NCBI GenBank assembly: GCA_918797485.1
Contig: CAKKNE010000002.1
Span: 4,154,001-4,218,000 of the forward strand
Length of the DNA: 64,000 bases
Source of the DNA: Pelagomonas calceolata
Taxonomy: Eukaryota
Reading direction: 5' to 3'
Position numbers and translations under genes: made by a program. Below are positions 28,555 through 38,228 of this stretch, piece after piece. The number at the start of each line of letters is the position of its first letter. Within the stretch, counting starts at the first letter, position 1. Below the pieces are notes generated by a model, which was given only the letters and a program-made list of their open reading frames with translations, did not search any database and was not told the origin of the DNA.

Positions 28555-30534
28555 TCAGAGGTCCCCGCGCACGACCCGAAAATGCGTCAAGTCTTGCAGG
28601 GGCCCGTACGGCCGCGGCGGCGCGAGCGGCGCGGTCAGCGCCTTCAGAGCGCGTTGATGCACGGCCGCCCACCGCTCCGTCAGCTCAATGATCGTAGCGT
28701 CCGGCTTGCGAAAATAGACCCGAAAATCACTTGAATTGAACATGGCCACGCCGTGCCAGGGCTTCCACGCGACGTGGCCCGTGCCAATGGTACACGAGTC
28801 GAACTCGAGGATCGAACAAGCATCGGCACCCTTGGGCCACTCGCCGCTCGCGACCTTCTCTGCGGAACATTTGTATTCTAGGGATAATCTAGTGTGCTTT
28901 CCTGCGAAGTGCACGTTCAGAAAGTCCTGCTCGCCGTACACATATAAACCAGAGTCCTCTGCTAGTGTTTCGTCGAAGGGCTCGGGGCCCGGCTTCAGTA
29001 CTAATACACCTCCACTCAAGTAGTCGTTCGGGGCCGCGAGCGGCTCGCCCCCATCCAAGGCTGAGAATAACTCCGAGACGTCTCTGAGTACAAGTACGTC
29101 GCTGTCCAGGTAAATGACCCGCTCCGCATCAATTGACCAGAGCTGGAGCTTGGCCCACTGGCCCAATCCTAGGGCCGGCAACGCCGACGAGTGGCCCACG
29201 CCCTTTCTGGGACGGACGTCCCGACAGATGAAGCCAAAACTTTGTAAAGCGTTCCTCGCCTCGGCGTCCATATCGTCTCCTAACAAGGCATAAAAAGGCA
29301 CAGATACACCATTCTCCAGTAGAGACTGTTTTAATGTAAGAGCGCCGTGCACGTAGCCCGTATCACTGGACGAGCCGTACAGGATGGTCGCGACCGCCGT
29401 CTCGTATTGAGAAGTTCTTTTTGATAATGAAACCCGATCCCAGATGCGGGCAGGTACTTCTGGTTCTTGGAAGGGCCGGTACGTCACCGTCTTGGCCGCA
29501 TGGTACCACCGCGGCTCGGGACAATAACCTCGGACGCCAAAATACGCCGCCGCCTCGACCCTAAACAAAGAGCGTAACCCCCCGTCCATGGCGCCGCCGC
29601 CGCCCTCCCTTCTAAATGCCGGTTTTAATGATATAGACACTTGACCCCTATGGTCCTCCTCCAGCGTGTTCCAGTGCTGGCCGGCCGCCGTGCTCCACAG
29701 AGCTGAGCCTCCATCCCTTTCACTGGGATAGGCGTCCAGATGGACCGGACCTGCTAAAAAAGCCTTCCAGTGCCACGTTTCGTTTTCGTAGACCTCCACA
29801 CCTAGTTCACAAGCAACGTCGCCTAAAACCAACACCTCGCCATCCCTCGGCCGGTCCAATGATAATCTACATTTCGGTTGAGGTTCCTCTTTAGCCAACG
29901 CGAGACTATTGTCGAGTAGTTCCACAATCTGTGTTGCTTGGCACGCCCGGTCATACAGCAAGCAGCCGGGGAAGGCCTCCTTCCACAACCGCAACCGCTC
30001 CACAGCATGAACCGCCTGCGCGTAGACGTCTCGTCTTGATGAAGGCAGAGTGAACCGCAAGGGAATCTTCTCGCCTCCGTCCTTCTCTCGACGATCAAAC
30101 AACACCAGGCCACCCTTTGATGTCCCTACGACCTCGTCCGCGTCGTCTCCGTCGTAAGGCGGCACCAGATCATCAAAATCACCCGTCAGCTCGAGGTCAA
30201 ACGTGCCCGTCGCTGTCGTGCACCCGTCGGGCGCGTGGGAGACCTCCAGCACTAGTCTGCCTCTTAAATCAATCAAGCCTCGCACCCAGACATTTACGAG
30301 GCCGACGTCCTCCCACGTCACCCTTAATTCAGGGAGTAGCTCCGTGCCATTCTTCGTGAGGAGAGAGCAGTGGAACGTCAGTTCGCCCCAGACGTCCCGT
30401 CGTGTCCCATTCGCGTCGACGCTGCGGATGTGGAGGTCGATGTGTCGTGAGGCCACGGCCAGCAGCTTGGCTTCGATGGTGCACGGCTCCGCGGCGACGC
30501 GTGCGACGCTGGCCAGGAGCAAGGGCAGCCTCAT
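28555..30534 (-). CDS. Secreted glycosyltransferase family 8 (glycogenin-like C-terminal domain)
   Basis: Signal peptide; YVHGALTL..SL, KLQLW, VIYLDSD, GVLVLKP and GEQDFLN motifs. Confidence 0.85.
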   Translation of the reverse strand: MRLPLLLASVARVAAEPCTIEAKLLAVASRHIDLHIRSVDANGTRRDVWGELTFHCSLLTKNGTELLPELRVTWEDVGLVNVWVRGLIDLRGRLVLEVSHAPDGCTTATGTFDLELTGDFDDLVPPYDGDDADEVVGTSKGGLVLFDRREKDGGEKIPLRFTLPSSRRDVYAQAVHAVERLRLWKEAFPGCLLYDRACQATQIVELLDNSLALAKEEPQPKCRLSLDRPRDGEVLVLGDVACELGVEVYENETWHWKAFLAGPVHLDAYPSERDGGSALWSTAAGQHWNTLEEDHRGQVSISLKPAFRREGGGGAMDGGLRSLFRVEAAAYFGVRGYCPEPRWYHAAKTVTYRPFQEPEVPARIWDRVSLSKRTSQYETAVATILYGSSSDTGYVHGALTLKQSLLENGVSVPFYALLGDDMDAEARNALQSFGFICRDVRPRKGVGHSSALPALGLGQWAKLQLWSIDAERVIYLDSDVLVLRDVSELFSALDGGEPLAAPNDYLSGGVLVLKPGPEPFDETLAEDSGLYVYGEQDFLNVHFAGKHTRLSLEYKCSAEKVASGEWPKGADACSILEFDSCTIGTGHVAWKPWHGVAMFNSSDFRVYFRKPDATIIELTERWAAVHQRALKALTAPLAPPRPYGPLQDLTHFRVVRGDL

Positions 30535-30581
30535 CGTCGCTTCACGGCTGCATTTTTGACTCTGTCGAGTTCGCTGTGAAT

Positions 30582-30605
30582 GCTAGCGTCGTGTGAGGCA
30601 CTAGC
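30582..30605 (+). promoter_or_regulatory. CTAG-dyad intergenic element
   Basis: GCTAGCGTCGTGTGAGGCACTAGC in a divergent intergenic region. Confidence 0.7.
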
Positions 30606-30758
30606 GTTGCTCGGCGCTACAGCGTTTACGCGCAAATAAATGCGCATCACTACCGCTGTAGCACGCTAAGGGTTGCCACGCACCCTTGGCTACCAGCTCG
30701 ACGCCGTCGCGCGCAGCGTGAGGCTGCGGGGCAGCCCTACACCTACTAGAACACAGAG

Positions 30759-31466
30759 ATGCCGCCGCCGCCGCGACCACGCCCCCTGACGCCGCCCCAG
30801 TCACCAGACTCGACGGAGACGCCGGCGTCGCCCCCGGACCCGCCGACCTTCCGGTCGCCGGCGTCCGACCGAAGCCCGGCACCGCCCGACGGCGCGGCAC
30901 CGGCAGAAGAAGAGGAAAGAGAACCGATTATCGGCGAGCCGCGGACCGTGCGAAGGGACCACGAGCAGCCCATGACGAATAAAACGTTTCAGGACATACT
31001 CATAGAACAGTTGGAAGCGGCGGCGGAGCTCGGCAACGCGGACGCGATGTACCAGCTGTTTCTGAACGAGAAGATGTGCCCCGAGGATCCAAGTAAAGCC
31101 GATGAAGACCGCGCCGAGGAGTACCTGAAGTACGCCTACGAGAACAATTTGGAGCCCTGGAAGGCCATGCAGATCATGCGGTATAGTAGGTGGGGTTATG
31201 ATGGTGAACTGAATGCGAAGGCGCGAGAATCGGGCGACTTGCGGCCGGGCGCCAAACCGCCGGACTGGCATGAGTGGTCTGGTATTCCGGATCCTTCAAA
31301 TCCTTCGCGGCCCCAAACCAAAGGATCGATGGGCTCCATGAACTCCTTTCGGACGGACCCGTCCGAGGAGCCGCCGCGGTTGATCGAAGACGAAGATAGC
31401 CAGACGACGTGGCTGGAAGATGATGGTTCAGGACGCTTCCCGTCCGTCGAAACTATCGGGAGCTAA
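30759..31466 (+). CDS. Hypothetical protein (single Sel1-like repeat)
   Basis: ATG-initiated 235 aa ORF; AAELGNADAMYQL. Confidence 0.6.
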   Translation: MPPPPRPRPLTPPQSPDSTETPASPPDPPTFRSPASDRSPAPPDGAAPAEEEEREPIIGEPRTVRRDHEQPMTNKTFQDILIEQLEAAAELGNADAMYQLFLNEKMCPEDPSKADEDRAEEYLKYAYENNLEPWKAMQIMRYSRWGYDGELNAKARESGDLRPGAKPPDWHEWSGIPDPSNPSRPQTKGSMGSMNSFRTDPSEEPPRLIEDEDSQTTWLEDDGSGRFPSVETIGS

Positions 31467-31478
31467 CATTGTTGTTTT

Positions 31479-32030
31479 TTACACACGCGCCCGCTTGTTG
31501 CTGTTCTCCTCTGCCGCGGGAACATTACCGGCGGCCTCGGACAGTTGATTGAGCGACAGCTCGAGCTTCTCCATTGCTTCATCGCCGTCCGCCGCGGCTT
31601 CCCGTCTCGCGGCTATTACCGAAGCATCGTCGGCCGCGGCCGCGGCCGGGTGCGCTTGCGTCAGTAGATCCGCGATGGCGTCCCGCCCCTCGCCCCGCGC
31701 GTTGCCCGCCGGCGACAGGCCGTCGCCGTTGCGCACGCTCGCGTCCGCACCGGCGGCCAGCAGCATCCGACACGACTCCACGTCCTCGACGACGTGCAGC
31801 GGCGTGTCGCCGTCCTCGTCGCCGCAATTCAGGTTCACGCCGGGCCTCGCTATTAAGTACTGTAGTAATTCGTGGTGGCCGTACGACGCCGCCGCGTGGA
31901 GGCACGTGTACCCTTGCTCGTCCGGCGTGTGCGGCTGGTGCGCGCCGCCTTCGATGCACCGTCTTACGGTGTCCAGGTCGCCGTCCGACGCGGCGGTCCA
32001 GACGTTTACAGAGGCGTCGTAGGCGGCCAT
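31479..32030 (-). CDS. Ankyrin-repeat protein
   Basis: VWTAASDGD, GYTCLHAAASYG, DGDTPLH. Confidence 0.85.
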   Translation of the reverse strand: MAAYDASVNVWTAASDGDLDTVRRCIEGGAHQPHTPDEQGYTCLHAAASYGHHELLQYLIARPGVNLNCGDEDGDTPLHVVEDVESCRMLLAAGADASVRNGDGLSPAGNARGEGRDAIADLLTQAHPAAAAADDASVIAARREAAADGDEAMEKLELSLNQLSEAAGNVPAAEENSNKRARV

Positions 32031-32296
32031 TGTATGATGTGCAGCCTGCAGTACACTGGCAGCTGTCGCAGCGATGGTGTGACTTTCAGAATCGACTCGG
32101 CACAGTGATAGTTGCTTAAAACAAGTCTTCCTCGCCGTGCCGCCGAAGAGTTTGCGCCGCTGCGTGCAGCCTTTGTGTCGCCGCCCACATGGGCTGCACA
32201 GCTAGATTGAAGGCAGGCGAAGCAAGAACAGACATAAGAGAAGGATCCTTCGCCAGGCGAGTAGTAGCACAACAGCTGGCACAAACCGCGGGTCCA

Positions 32297-32318
32297 CCTA
32301 GCGCACAAGGACACTAGC
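32297..32318 (+). promoter_or_regulatory. CTAG-dyad intergenic element (variant)
   Basis: CCTAGCGCACAAGGACACTAGC in a divergent intergenic region. Confidence 0.6.
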
Positions 32319-32562
32319 TAACCACAGCGCAAACCGGCCGCGCTTATAAGCCCTGTGCGGCGCGCGGCGGGCCTGGGAACTGCCGTCGCGGCGCGAGAGG
32401 CACCTCCCGGACCGCTGCGTGCGCCACCGCGGCGGGAGAGGCCAGCGGCGCGACAGGGGGCTGCCGCCCAGCAGCTGCCCCACCACGCCACCGCCGCGGC
32501 TAAGCAGGTAGGACACGCGGGGCTGCCCGCCAGGAGCTGCCCCTCACACACACTCACTAACG

Positions 32563-33939
32563 ATGCCGAAGAAGAAGAAGGGCAAGAAGGGCAAGAAGGA
32601 GAAGAAGAAGACGCCGCACCAACTGCAGGTCGAGGCCCTGACCCGGGCCTGCGACGAGGCCGAGCGGGTGTATCGGGACACGCGCGACCTCAATGCGCGA
32701 TTGAGCCGAGAGAACGAAGAGAGGCGCTTGACGTTAGCCGAGAAGCGGGCTCTAGCTGATGAGCAGGCCGAGCTCTTCGAGTGTTCGGAGCGGCAGGATG
32801 CGAGGGAGAGGAAACAACAAGCGTCTTCACTAAAACACGAGAAAACGCTGCTCCAAGCGCAAGTCGAGCAGTTACGATTACAGCGAGAACGACGGACGGA
32901 ATTGTATCTCGAGAACGAGACGCTGGAAGGCGACCTGGACCGAGCGCGAGAGGAGGCGAGGAAGGCGCAAGAGGCAGCTGATAACGAGGCCCTGGACCAG
33001 GAGCGCCTCCTCCAGAACGTCGAGACCGACGCCGAAAATGCTTTCAGGGAGGAGCTGTCACAACGAGTCGACAAGCATTTTAAAACTGCCTATCACAACC
33101 TGAACGCGGTCGCGAAAGCCAAGTATCGGCGGACCGAAGTGTTGCGGGAAGAATTAGCCTTCCAGCACGAGGGGATTGTAGCTGTATCGCGGAAGATCGC
33201 CGAGGACTCGCAACGCAAGAGTGAAGTAAAGCACGAGGTCAAGAGTCTCGAGAAGTCGGATCACGATAAAGCCATTCAAACAACTCTGGAGAAGAGGAAA
33301 CGGGACCAGGCCTTGAAGGATGCGGACCGGCTTAATCAGCAATTAACGGAGCTACGGAGTGAAAGTGAAGGGTTCGAGCGGGAGAGTGCTGAGGCTCTAT
33401 CCGTCGTGCCGCCGCCGCCGCCCGGCTCCGATGCTCTACATCATCTAGAGAACGTCCTGCGGGAGCGGGAGGCGGAGCTCTGTGACTTGGAAAGGCGCGC
33501 GGCGACGTGGGAGAAGCGCGCGAGCGCGGCCCGCGCGTGTGCTGTGGATATCCGGAATGGTAGTAGGAGAGCGGGGCCGCCACAAAACTACGACGACGCG
33601 GCTGCGTCGCTGGACGCGGGCGACGGCGCCCATGCGACGCTCGACGCGCGCCTCTGGCGCGGGTGCCACGAGCGGTGGAGTAGTGCTGATGCGGATCTGA
33701 CGGCCGCGCCCGAAACGCTCGACGTCGCATCGGTGTCGACGCTGCCGACACTCTCCAAGTCCGTCGGCGAGCGCACGCGGAAGACGCAGCGGCGGCCGCG
33801 GCCGCGCGCGCCGCGCGTCCAGCCCGCGCAAATTTCCAGGAGGGCGCCCGCCTCTCTGGGTTTCGCGCAGATCAAGGCGTTCCGGAGCATCGCGCGTTTT
33901 GAAAGGGTGCGCGCGGCGACGGACCTGGAACTCGGGTAA
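32563..33939 (+). CDS. Coiled-coil protein with Lys-rich N-terminus (possibly flagella-associated)
   Basis: MPKKKKGKKGKK start followed by a long E/R/L/Q heptad-rich region. Confidence 0.7.
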   Translation: MPKKKKGKKGKKEKKKTPHQLQVEALTRACDEAERVYRDTRDLNARLSRENEERRLTLAEKRALADEQAELFECSERQDARERKQQASSLKHEKTLLQAQVEQLRLQRERRTELYLENETLEGDLDRAREEARKAQEAADNEALDQERLLQNVETDAENAFREELSQRVDKHFKTAYHNLNAVAKAKYRRTEVLREELAFQHEGIVAVSRKIAEDSQRKSEVKHEVKSLEKSDHDKAIQTTLEKRKRDQALKDADRLNQQLTELRSESEGFERESAEALSVVPPPPPGSDALHHLENVLREREAELCDLERRAATWEKRASAARACAVDIRNGSRRAGPPQNYDDAAASLDAGDGAHATLDARLWRGCHERWSSADADLTAAPETLDVASVSTLPTLSKSVGERTRKTQRRPRPRAPRVQPAQISRRAPASLGFAQIKAFRSIARFERVRAATDLELG

Positions 33940-33974
33940 CAAAAAGTGTGTGGCTTATTTTGAGTTGTAGTCGA

Positions 33975-34009
33975 TGTTACGGTGCTAGGACTAGTGGGCG
34001 GGGCCCCTG
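33975..34009 (+). repeat. 35-bp dispersed repeat, copy 2
   Basis: TGTTACGGTGCTAGGACTAGTGGGCGGGGCCCCTG. Confidence 0.8.
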
Positions 34010-34040
34010 GGCAGATGCCGGAAGCCGGCGCAGGTGTCAG

Positions 34041-34979
34041 CTAGCGGCCCTTGAGGTGGGGCCGCTGGGACGCTGCGGGGGGCGCGCAGGTGCCGGCCGG
34101 GAGCCCCCGGAGCGTCTCGTCGAGGTGGCGGTCGCCCAGATGCCAGAGTTTCCGGTCCCAGCGGACGAGGTGTTCCAGGTCCTCGTCGGTCGTCGCGGCG
34201 TGGGCGGACGGGTTCAATTTCTTCTTCGCGTCGAAGGAGAAGCGCCACTGGAGGAGGTGGCCGAGTGCGCAGAGGCTCTCCTGCATGCGCTCGACTGTGC
34301 CGACGAAGAAGAAGAGGTCGAGGTGGCGCGCGGCGCAGCGGAAGGTCTCCTCGGAGGGCTCGGCGGTCTCGAGGATCGCGTAGTAGCCGCAGATTTTGCG
34401 CGTCTGGTAGTTGGAGAGGCAGTATTCCTGGTAGACGCCCCCCGTCGACTCGGCGCAAGTGCCGGTCGTGCGGTGCCGCACGAACTCGCCGAAGGTGGCG
34501 TTGGCGGGGAAGCGGCGGTACTTTTTCCCCTCGCCGAACATGAGATACCCGTAGAGCGACAGGAGGCGCGCGGTCGGCTCGCGCAGCATGGTCATGTAGA
34601 GCGGCCGCGCGCAGTCGACCGTCGCGTGGTAGCCGTAGGCGATGTGCCGCGCGAAGACGCGGTACGGCCGCGCGAACGCGCGCAGTGCGCGTATCCGCGC
34701 CTTGTTCTGCACGACCAGCGCGTCGCGGAGCTCGCCCTCGTGCCCCGTGTCCGGCACGAGGAACGCGTCGCCGTACGCCTGCCGGAAATAGCTCTCCACC
34801 GTAGTGCCGCCGCACTTGTGCAGGTGCACGAAGAACAGCTTCACGGTGCATACCGCGCAGCCGCGCTGCGCGTTGAAGTCCCGGAGCTTGGCGACCGCGA
34901 GGCTGTCCGCCTCCGGCGCCGGCCGCGCGGCGGGCATCCCCCACGGCCACACCGCCAGGGCCCAGGCGGCGCGCCGCAT
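34041..34979 (-). CDS. Sulfotransferase (Sulfotransfer_2-type)
   Basis: 5'-PSB motif FFVHLHKCGGTT, 3'-PB motif TMLREPTARLLSLY, and FVGTVERM.ESL. Confidence 0.85.
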   Translation of the reverse strand: MRRAAWALAVWPWGMPAARPAPEADSLAVAKLRDFNAQRGCAVCTVKLFFVHLHKCGGTTVESYFRQAYGDAFLVPDTGHEGELRDALVVQNKARIRALRAFARPYRVFARHIAYGYHATVDCARPLYMTMLREPTARLLSLYGYLMFGEGKKYRRFPANATFGEFVRHRTTGTCAESTGGVYQEYCLSNYQTRKICGYYAILETAEPSEETFRCAARHLDLFFFVGTVERMQESLCALGHLLQWRFSFDAKKKLNPSAHAATTDEDLEHLVRWDRKLWHLGDRHLDETLRGLPAGTCAPPAASQRPHLKGR

Positions 34980-35516
34980 GGCGGGATCCGCCGCCTGCGG
35001 GCCACCGCGGGAGCCGCAACGGAACTGCACTCGTCACGGCAGTGGCAGCATCGCGGTGCGAGGTGCCGGTGTCGTAGCGGACGCCAAGCCTGCCGGGCGA
35101 CACCTCGCCGTCGAAGGTATTCGTCGGCTCCGGTAGCCTCGGCGGCACGGATCGCACAGCACAGCACGGAGGGGCAGCACAGCACGGATATTGCCAAAAT
35201 CCAGCCAAGCCAACTCCAACTCTAGAGTCTAGGATCTCGACGGTGCGGGGTTCTCTGGAAACGCAACGGCAGTCTTCCACTCGAAGGACATTGGTGCCTC
35301 ACCTACCGCTCCGTTGCGCGGGATCCGCCGCCTCGTCGTCGGCTTCGCGCGCGCCCGCGCCGTCATGCTGATGCTGATGCCGACGGCCTACGGGCTCCTG
35401 AGCGTCCGGCGCCGCCTCGGCCGCGCGCCCCAGTGGAAATACCTCATCTGGGGACCCGTGCTGCTCGCGCGTGTCTTTGCCGGGGACCACGCGCTGCTGC
35501 GAGTTTGACCATAAAC

Positions 35517-36455
35517 TTACCCGAAGCCGCCACTAGTCGGCTTCTTCTTGCGCTTCGCGCGTTTCGGAGGGGAAGGAGGCGCCTCCTCCGTCGAGCCGGT
35601 CCGCACGAAGTTCGATAACCGCTTCAGGGCGTCGCCGTAGCGCTCGGAGGCCATGAGCGTGAGGCCCGCGTATTGCGTGGCACCCTTGCGCAGCAAGTCC
35701 TCGATGGATTTGCTATGCGTTTTCTCGAGCGGTGTCCGGAGCCAGGCGTCGTAGCCGTACGTTACCAAGAGTTCTTCACCCGCGGAAACGTCTTCGGCGA
35801 GCACGAGGCCCATCAGTGGGATACACAGCGGCACGAGGCACGCGTTCGCCCGCGCGACGGACTCACCAAGGTACCTTTCTATATCACCGTCGTCGGCGCA
35901 TAAAGCTCCGTCATTCGCAAGATGGCCGAGGAACCCCGGAACCGCCTCCTTGGCCGGGTTGGCCGCGACCCAGAACCGCGGACAAGGATCGGGAATGGCG
36001 CTCGTTTTCACACCTGGCGGAAAAACAAAGTACTGGCGGCTCCCTGCAGCTTGGGCCTTCTGAAAGTCCTGGAAGTAGTCGCTGTCGGCCTGGTCGATCA
36101 TGAGCGCTTTCCCCGTGTCGTCGACCGTTAGGTCGGGCCTATATAACGTGACGAGCGTACCCATCTCGAGGTCTTTCGTGGCAAACAACCCCGTGCCGTG
36201 GATGTCGCTTTGCCGCGCTTCCACAAGCTCACTGAGCTCGGCTATGCCGATCTGTTCCGCGACATTGCTCCATTCGTTCGCCAGGAGCGCGGCGCCGGCT
36301 TGGCCCCACTGTACGGGGTCGACGGCTTGTTCCTTGGCGTCGTCGTCGTCGAGCAGGCGCCGCTTGCCTCTGACCGGTGCGACGCGCCCTTGACGCTGCG
36401 GCGGCGGCACGAGGCTCGCGCAGAGGCGTGCAGTGAAGAGGAGGCGCAGCAGCAT
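35517..36455 (-). CDS. SET-domain protein with signal/transit-like N-terminus
   Basis: SDIHGTGLFATKD, GHLAND, NA and GEELLVTYG motifs. Confidence 0.8.
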   Translation of the reverse strand: MLLRLLFTARLCASLVPPPQRQGRVAPVRGKRRLLDDDDAKEQAVDPVQWGQAGAALLANEWSNVAEQIGIAELSELVEARQSDIHGTGLFATKDLEMGTLVTLYRPDLTVDDTGKALMIDQADSDYFQDFQKAQAAGSRQYFVFPPGVKTSAIPDPCPRFWVAANPAKEAVPGFLGHLANDGALCADDGDIERYLGESVARANACLVPLCIPLMGLVLAEDVSAGEELLVTYGYDAWLRTPLEKTHSKSIEDLLRKGATQYAGLTLMASERYGDALKRLSNFVRTGSTEEAPPSPPKRAKRKKKPTSGGFG

Positions 36456-36458
36456 GGC

Positions 36459-36755
36459 TCACTTCTTCTCGTCCTGGCTGTCGCTCGGCTCCGGCGGCGG
36501 CCGCTTCGTCACGAGCTTTGCGAGCTCGGCTTCGTACGCCTTTTTTACCGCCTCGGCGCTCTGCGCGCGGTCGTTCGTGGCCGGCTCGAGTCCGCCGCAC
36601 CACGGACCCTGGCCGTCGACGCAGGCGAGCACCGCTTTTGCCGGTCGACTCGGACACGCAACCGCGACCGCTGCAACGCGCAGCGCGACGCGTCGGTCCA
36701 GGCTGAGCGCGGACGCGCCGGCGGCGACCAGCAATACGCGCGTAAGCGCACGAAT
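36459..36755 (-). CDS. Small putative plastid/thylakoid-targeted protein; apparent start codon is ATT
   Basis: (I/M)RALTRVLLVAAGASA-LSLDRRVAL...PAKA resembles signal peptide plus twin-Arg lumenal peptide. No ATG at the expected position. Confidence 0.4.
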   Translation of the reverse strand: MRALTRVLLVAAGASALSLDRRVALRVAAVAVACPSRPAKAVLACVDGQGPWCGGLEPATNDRAQSAEAVKKAYEAELAKLVTKRPPPEPSDSQDEKK

Positions 36756-36845
36756 CTTGCACGACGGTTGCTGCAGAGCTGCACACTGCTGCAGCAAGTC
36801 TTTCCTGGCACCGCTGCGAGGCAAAAAAGGCTTCAGCTGCAGCGA

Positions 36846-36869
36846 GCTAGCGGCGTGTAAGACACTAGG
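36846..36869 (+). promoter_or_regulatory. CTAG-dyad intergenic element
   Basis: GCTAGCGGCGTGTAAGACACTAGG in a divergent intergenic region. Confidence 0.75.
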
Positions 36870-37018
36870 AAATATCGCGTTCTGGACGCAAACCTGCCCT
36901 CTGAAGCAGCAGCGGTGCATCATAGGCTGTAATTGCTGCGGTCGTAACCCCACAAATCTCACTGATCACTACTGCGGCGCCTGAGCATCACTGCGACCCG
37001 TGAGCATCACGAGCCCCC

Positions 37019-38194
37019 ATGCGCCTTCTCTCCGCCCTCGTCCCGCTCGCGACCTCGCGCTACCGGCCATTCCAAATCTTCGACGGCGACGCCATACGCA
37101 GCGTTAAACAACTGCGTGAGGTCTTCGACGAGCGCTTCTCAAAACCTCGCGAATCGCACCCGGACCGGTTCAGCTGGGACCCGTGGCACGTCACGCGGCG
37201 CGCCGAGGACGCGCCGACGGCGCGCGTCGCCGCCGCGCCGGAGGTCATAGAAGAAGAGACGGACTCCATCGAAGAGGCCGTCGCAGCAGCCGGAAGAGCA
37301 GAGCGCGGCGCCGCGAGCGACGAGGGCAGTATCCAGGGAGAAGGCTCGGGCCTCCAGTACTCCATGCTGCGCACGCCGGCGGCGGCCTACTTCCCCGAGG
37401 AATTATTCGAAGAATTTTGTGAGGAGCTCGCGGCGTTCGGGCAGAAGCATCTCGGGTGCGATGCCTTCACGCCGCCGTGGCTGGCCTGCTATACCGACGG
37501 CCACGAGATGGCCTGGCACAGCGACGCGAGCCACGGCCCCTTCGCATTCGTCGTGAATTTAACACCAAACGGGTGCCACGCGCGCGCGGAAAGTGAAAAG
37601 CCGGGCTGGTTCGAAGGCGGCGAGACCGTGTTATTACGGCCCGAAATCCTAGATTACTGGCGGGGCTTCGACGGCTCCCGGGGCCTCGAGGCCGATTCTA
37701 TAATAGAACGCGTCGACCCGGCGCCCTTCGGGCGCGTCGTCTGTTTTGATGGAAGGGTGCCACACTCCGTTTCGCGGGTCCGCGGCACGCGGGACCCGCG
37801 GCGCGGGCGCCTCGTGCTGACGGGCTGGTTCTCGGCGCCGCGGCCGAGCGCCGTCGGCGGTTTGGCGGAGGACGGCGCGCCTTCTGAGGAGGCGGCGGAA
37901 ATTCTCGACGCCGCGCTCGCCGTGGCCTACGACGCGATGGACGAGCTCGAGCTCGCGCGCGTCGCGGGCTTCCTCGGCGTGCGCGTGGCGGTGACCGCCG
38001 CCGGGGTTGTGAAGAGCGTCGACGCCTTGTGCGACACGCTGCGCGTCGATAGCGGGGAGCAGCGGCCGCTCGACGACGACGAGGTCCCCGACGACGTGTC
38101 GACGCGGGAGCTCATCGCCGCGGCGCTCGGCGAGGCGGAGTTTCCTCCCGCTTCCGAGGCGAGCACGTTCACGCTGCCGCTCGCGTTCGATTAA
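37019..38194 (+). CDS. 2OG-Fe(II) oxygenase
   Basis: WHSD (HxD), FEGGE, FDGRVPHSV and RLVLTGW motifs. Confidence 0.8.
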   Translation: MRLLSALVPLATSRYRPFQIFDGDAIRSVKQLREVFDERFSKPRESHPDRFSWDPWHVTRRAEDAPTARVAAAPEVIEEETDSIEEAVAAAGRAERGAASDEGSIQGEGSGLQYSMLRTPAAAYFPEELFEEFCEELAAFGQKHLGCDAFTPPWLACYTDGHEMAWHSDASHGPFAFVVNLTPNGCHARAESEKPGWFEGGETVLLRPEILDYWRGFDGSRGLEADSIIERVDPAPFGRVVCFDGRVPHSVSRVRGTRDPRRGRLVLTGWFSAPRPSAVGGLAEDGAPSEEAAEILDAALAVAYDAMDELELARVAGFLGVRVAVTAAGVVKSVDALCDTLRVDSGEQRPLDDDEVPDDVSTRELIAAALGEAEFPPASEASTFTLPLAFD

Positions 38195-38228
38195 CTTTAT
38201 CTGTGATCACACAAGAGTTATATTTACA

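Noticed and set aside
33948..35280. Long overlapping or antisense ORFs (e.g. 33948-35225, 33991-35280, 57182-58495, 45366-46352)
   Set aside because: Shadow frames of GC-rich real genes; Arg/Ala/Pro-rich with no motifs.
35290..35508. Coding-like fragment between the sulfotransferase and SET genes
   Set aside because: Short, with no recognisable domain or convincing start.
36756..36962. Upstream in-frame starts for the 36459 ORF
   Set aside because: The extension crosses the dyad element and reads as non-coding sequence.
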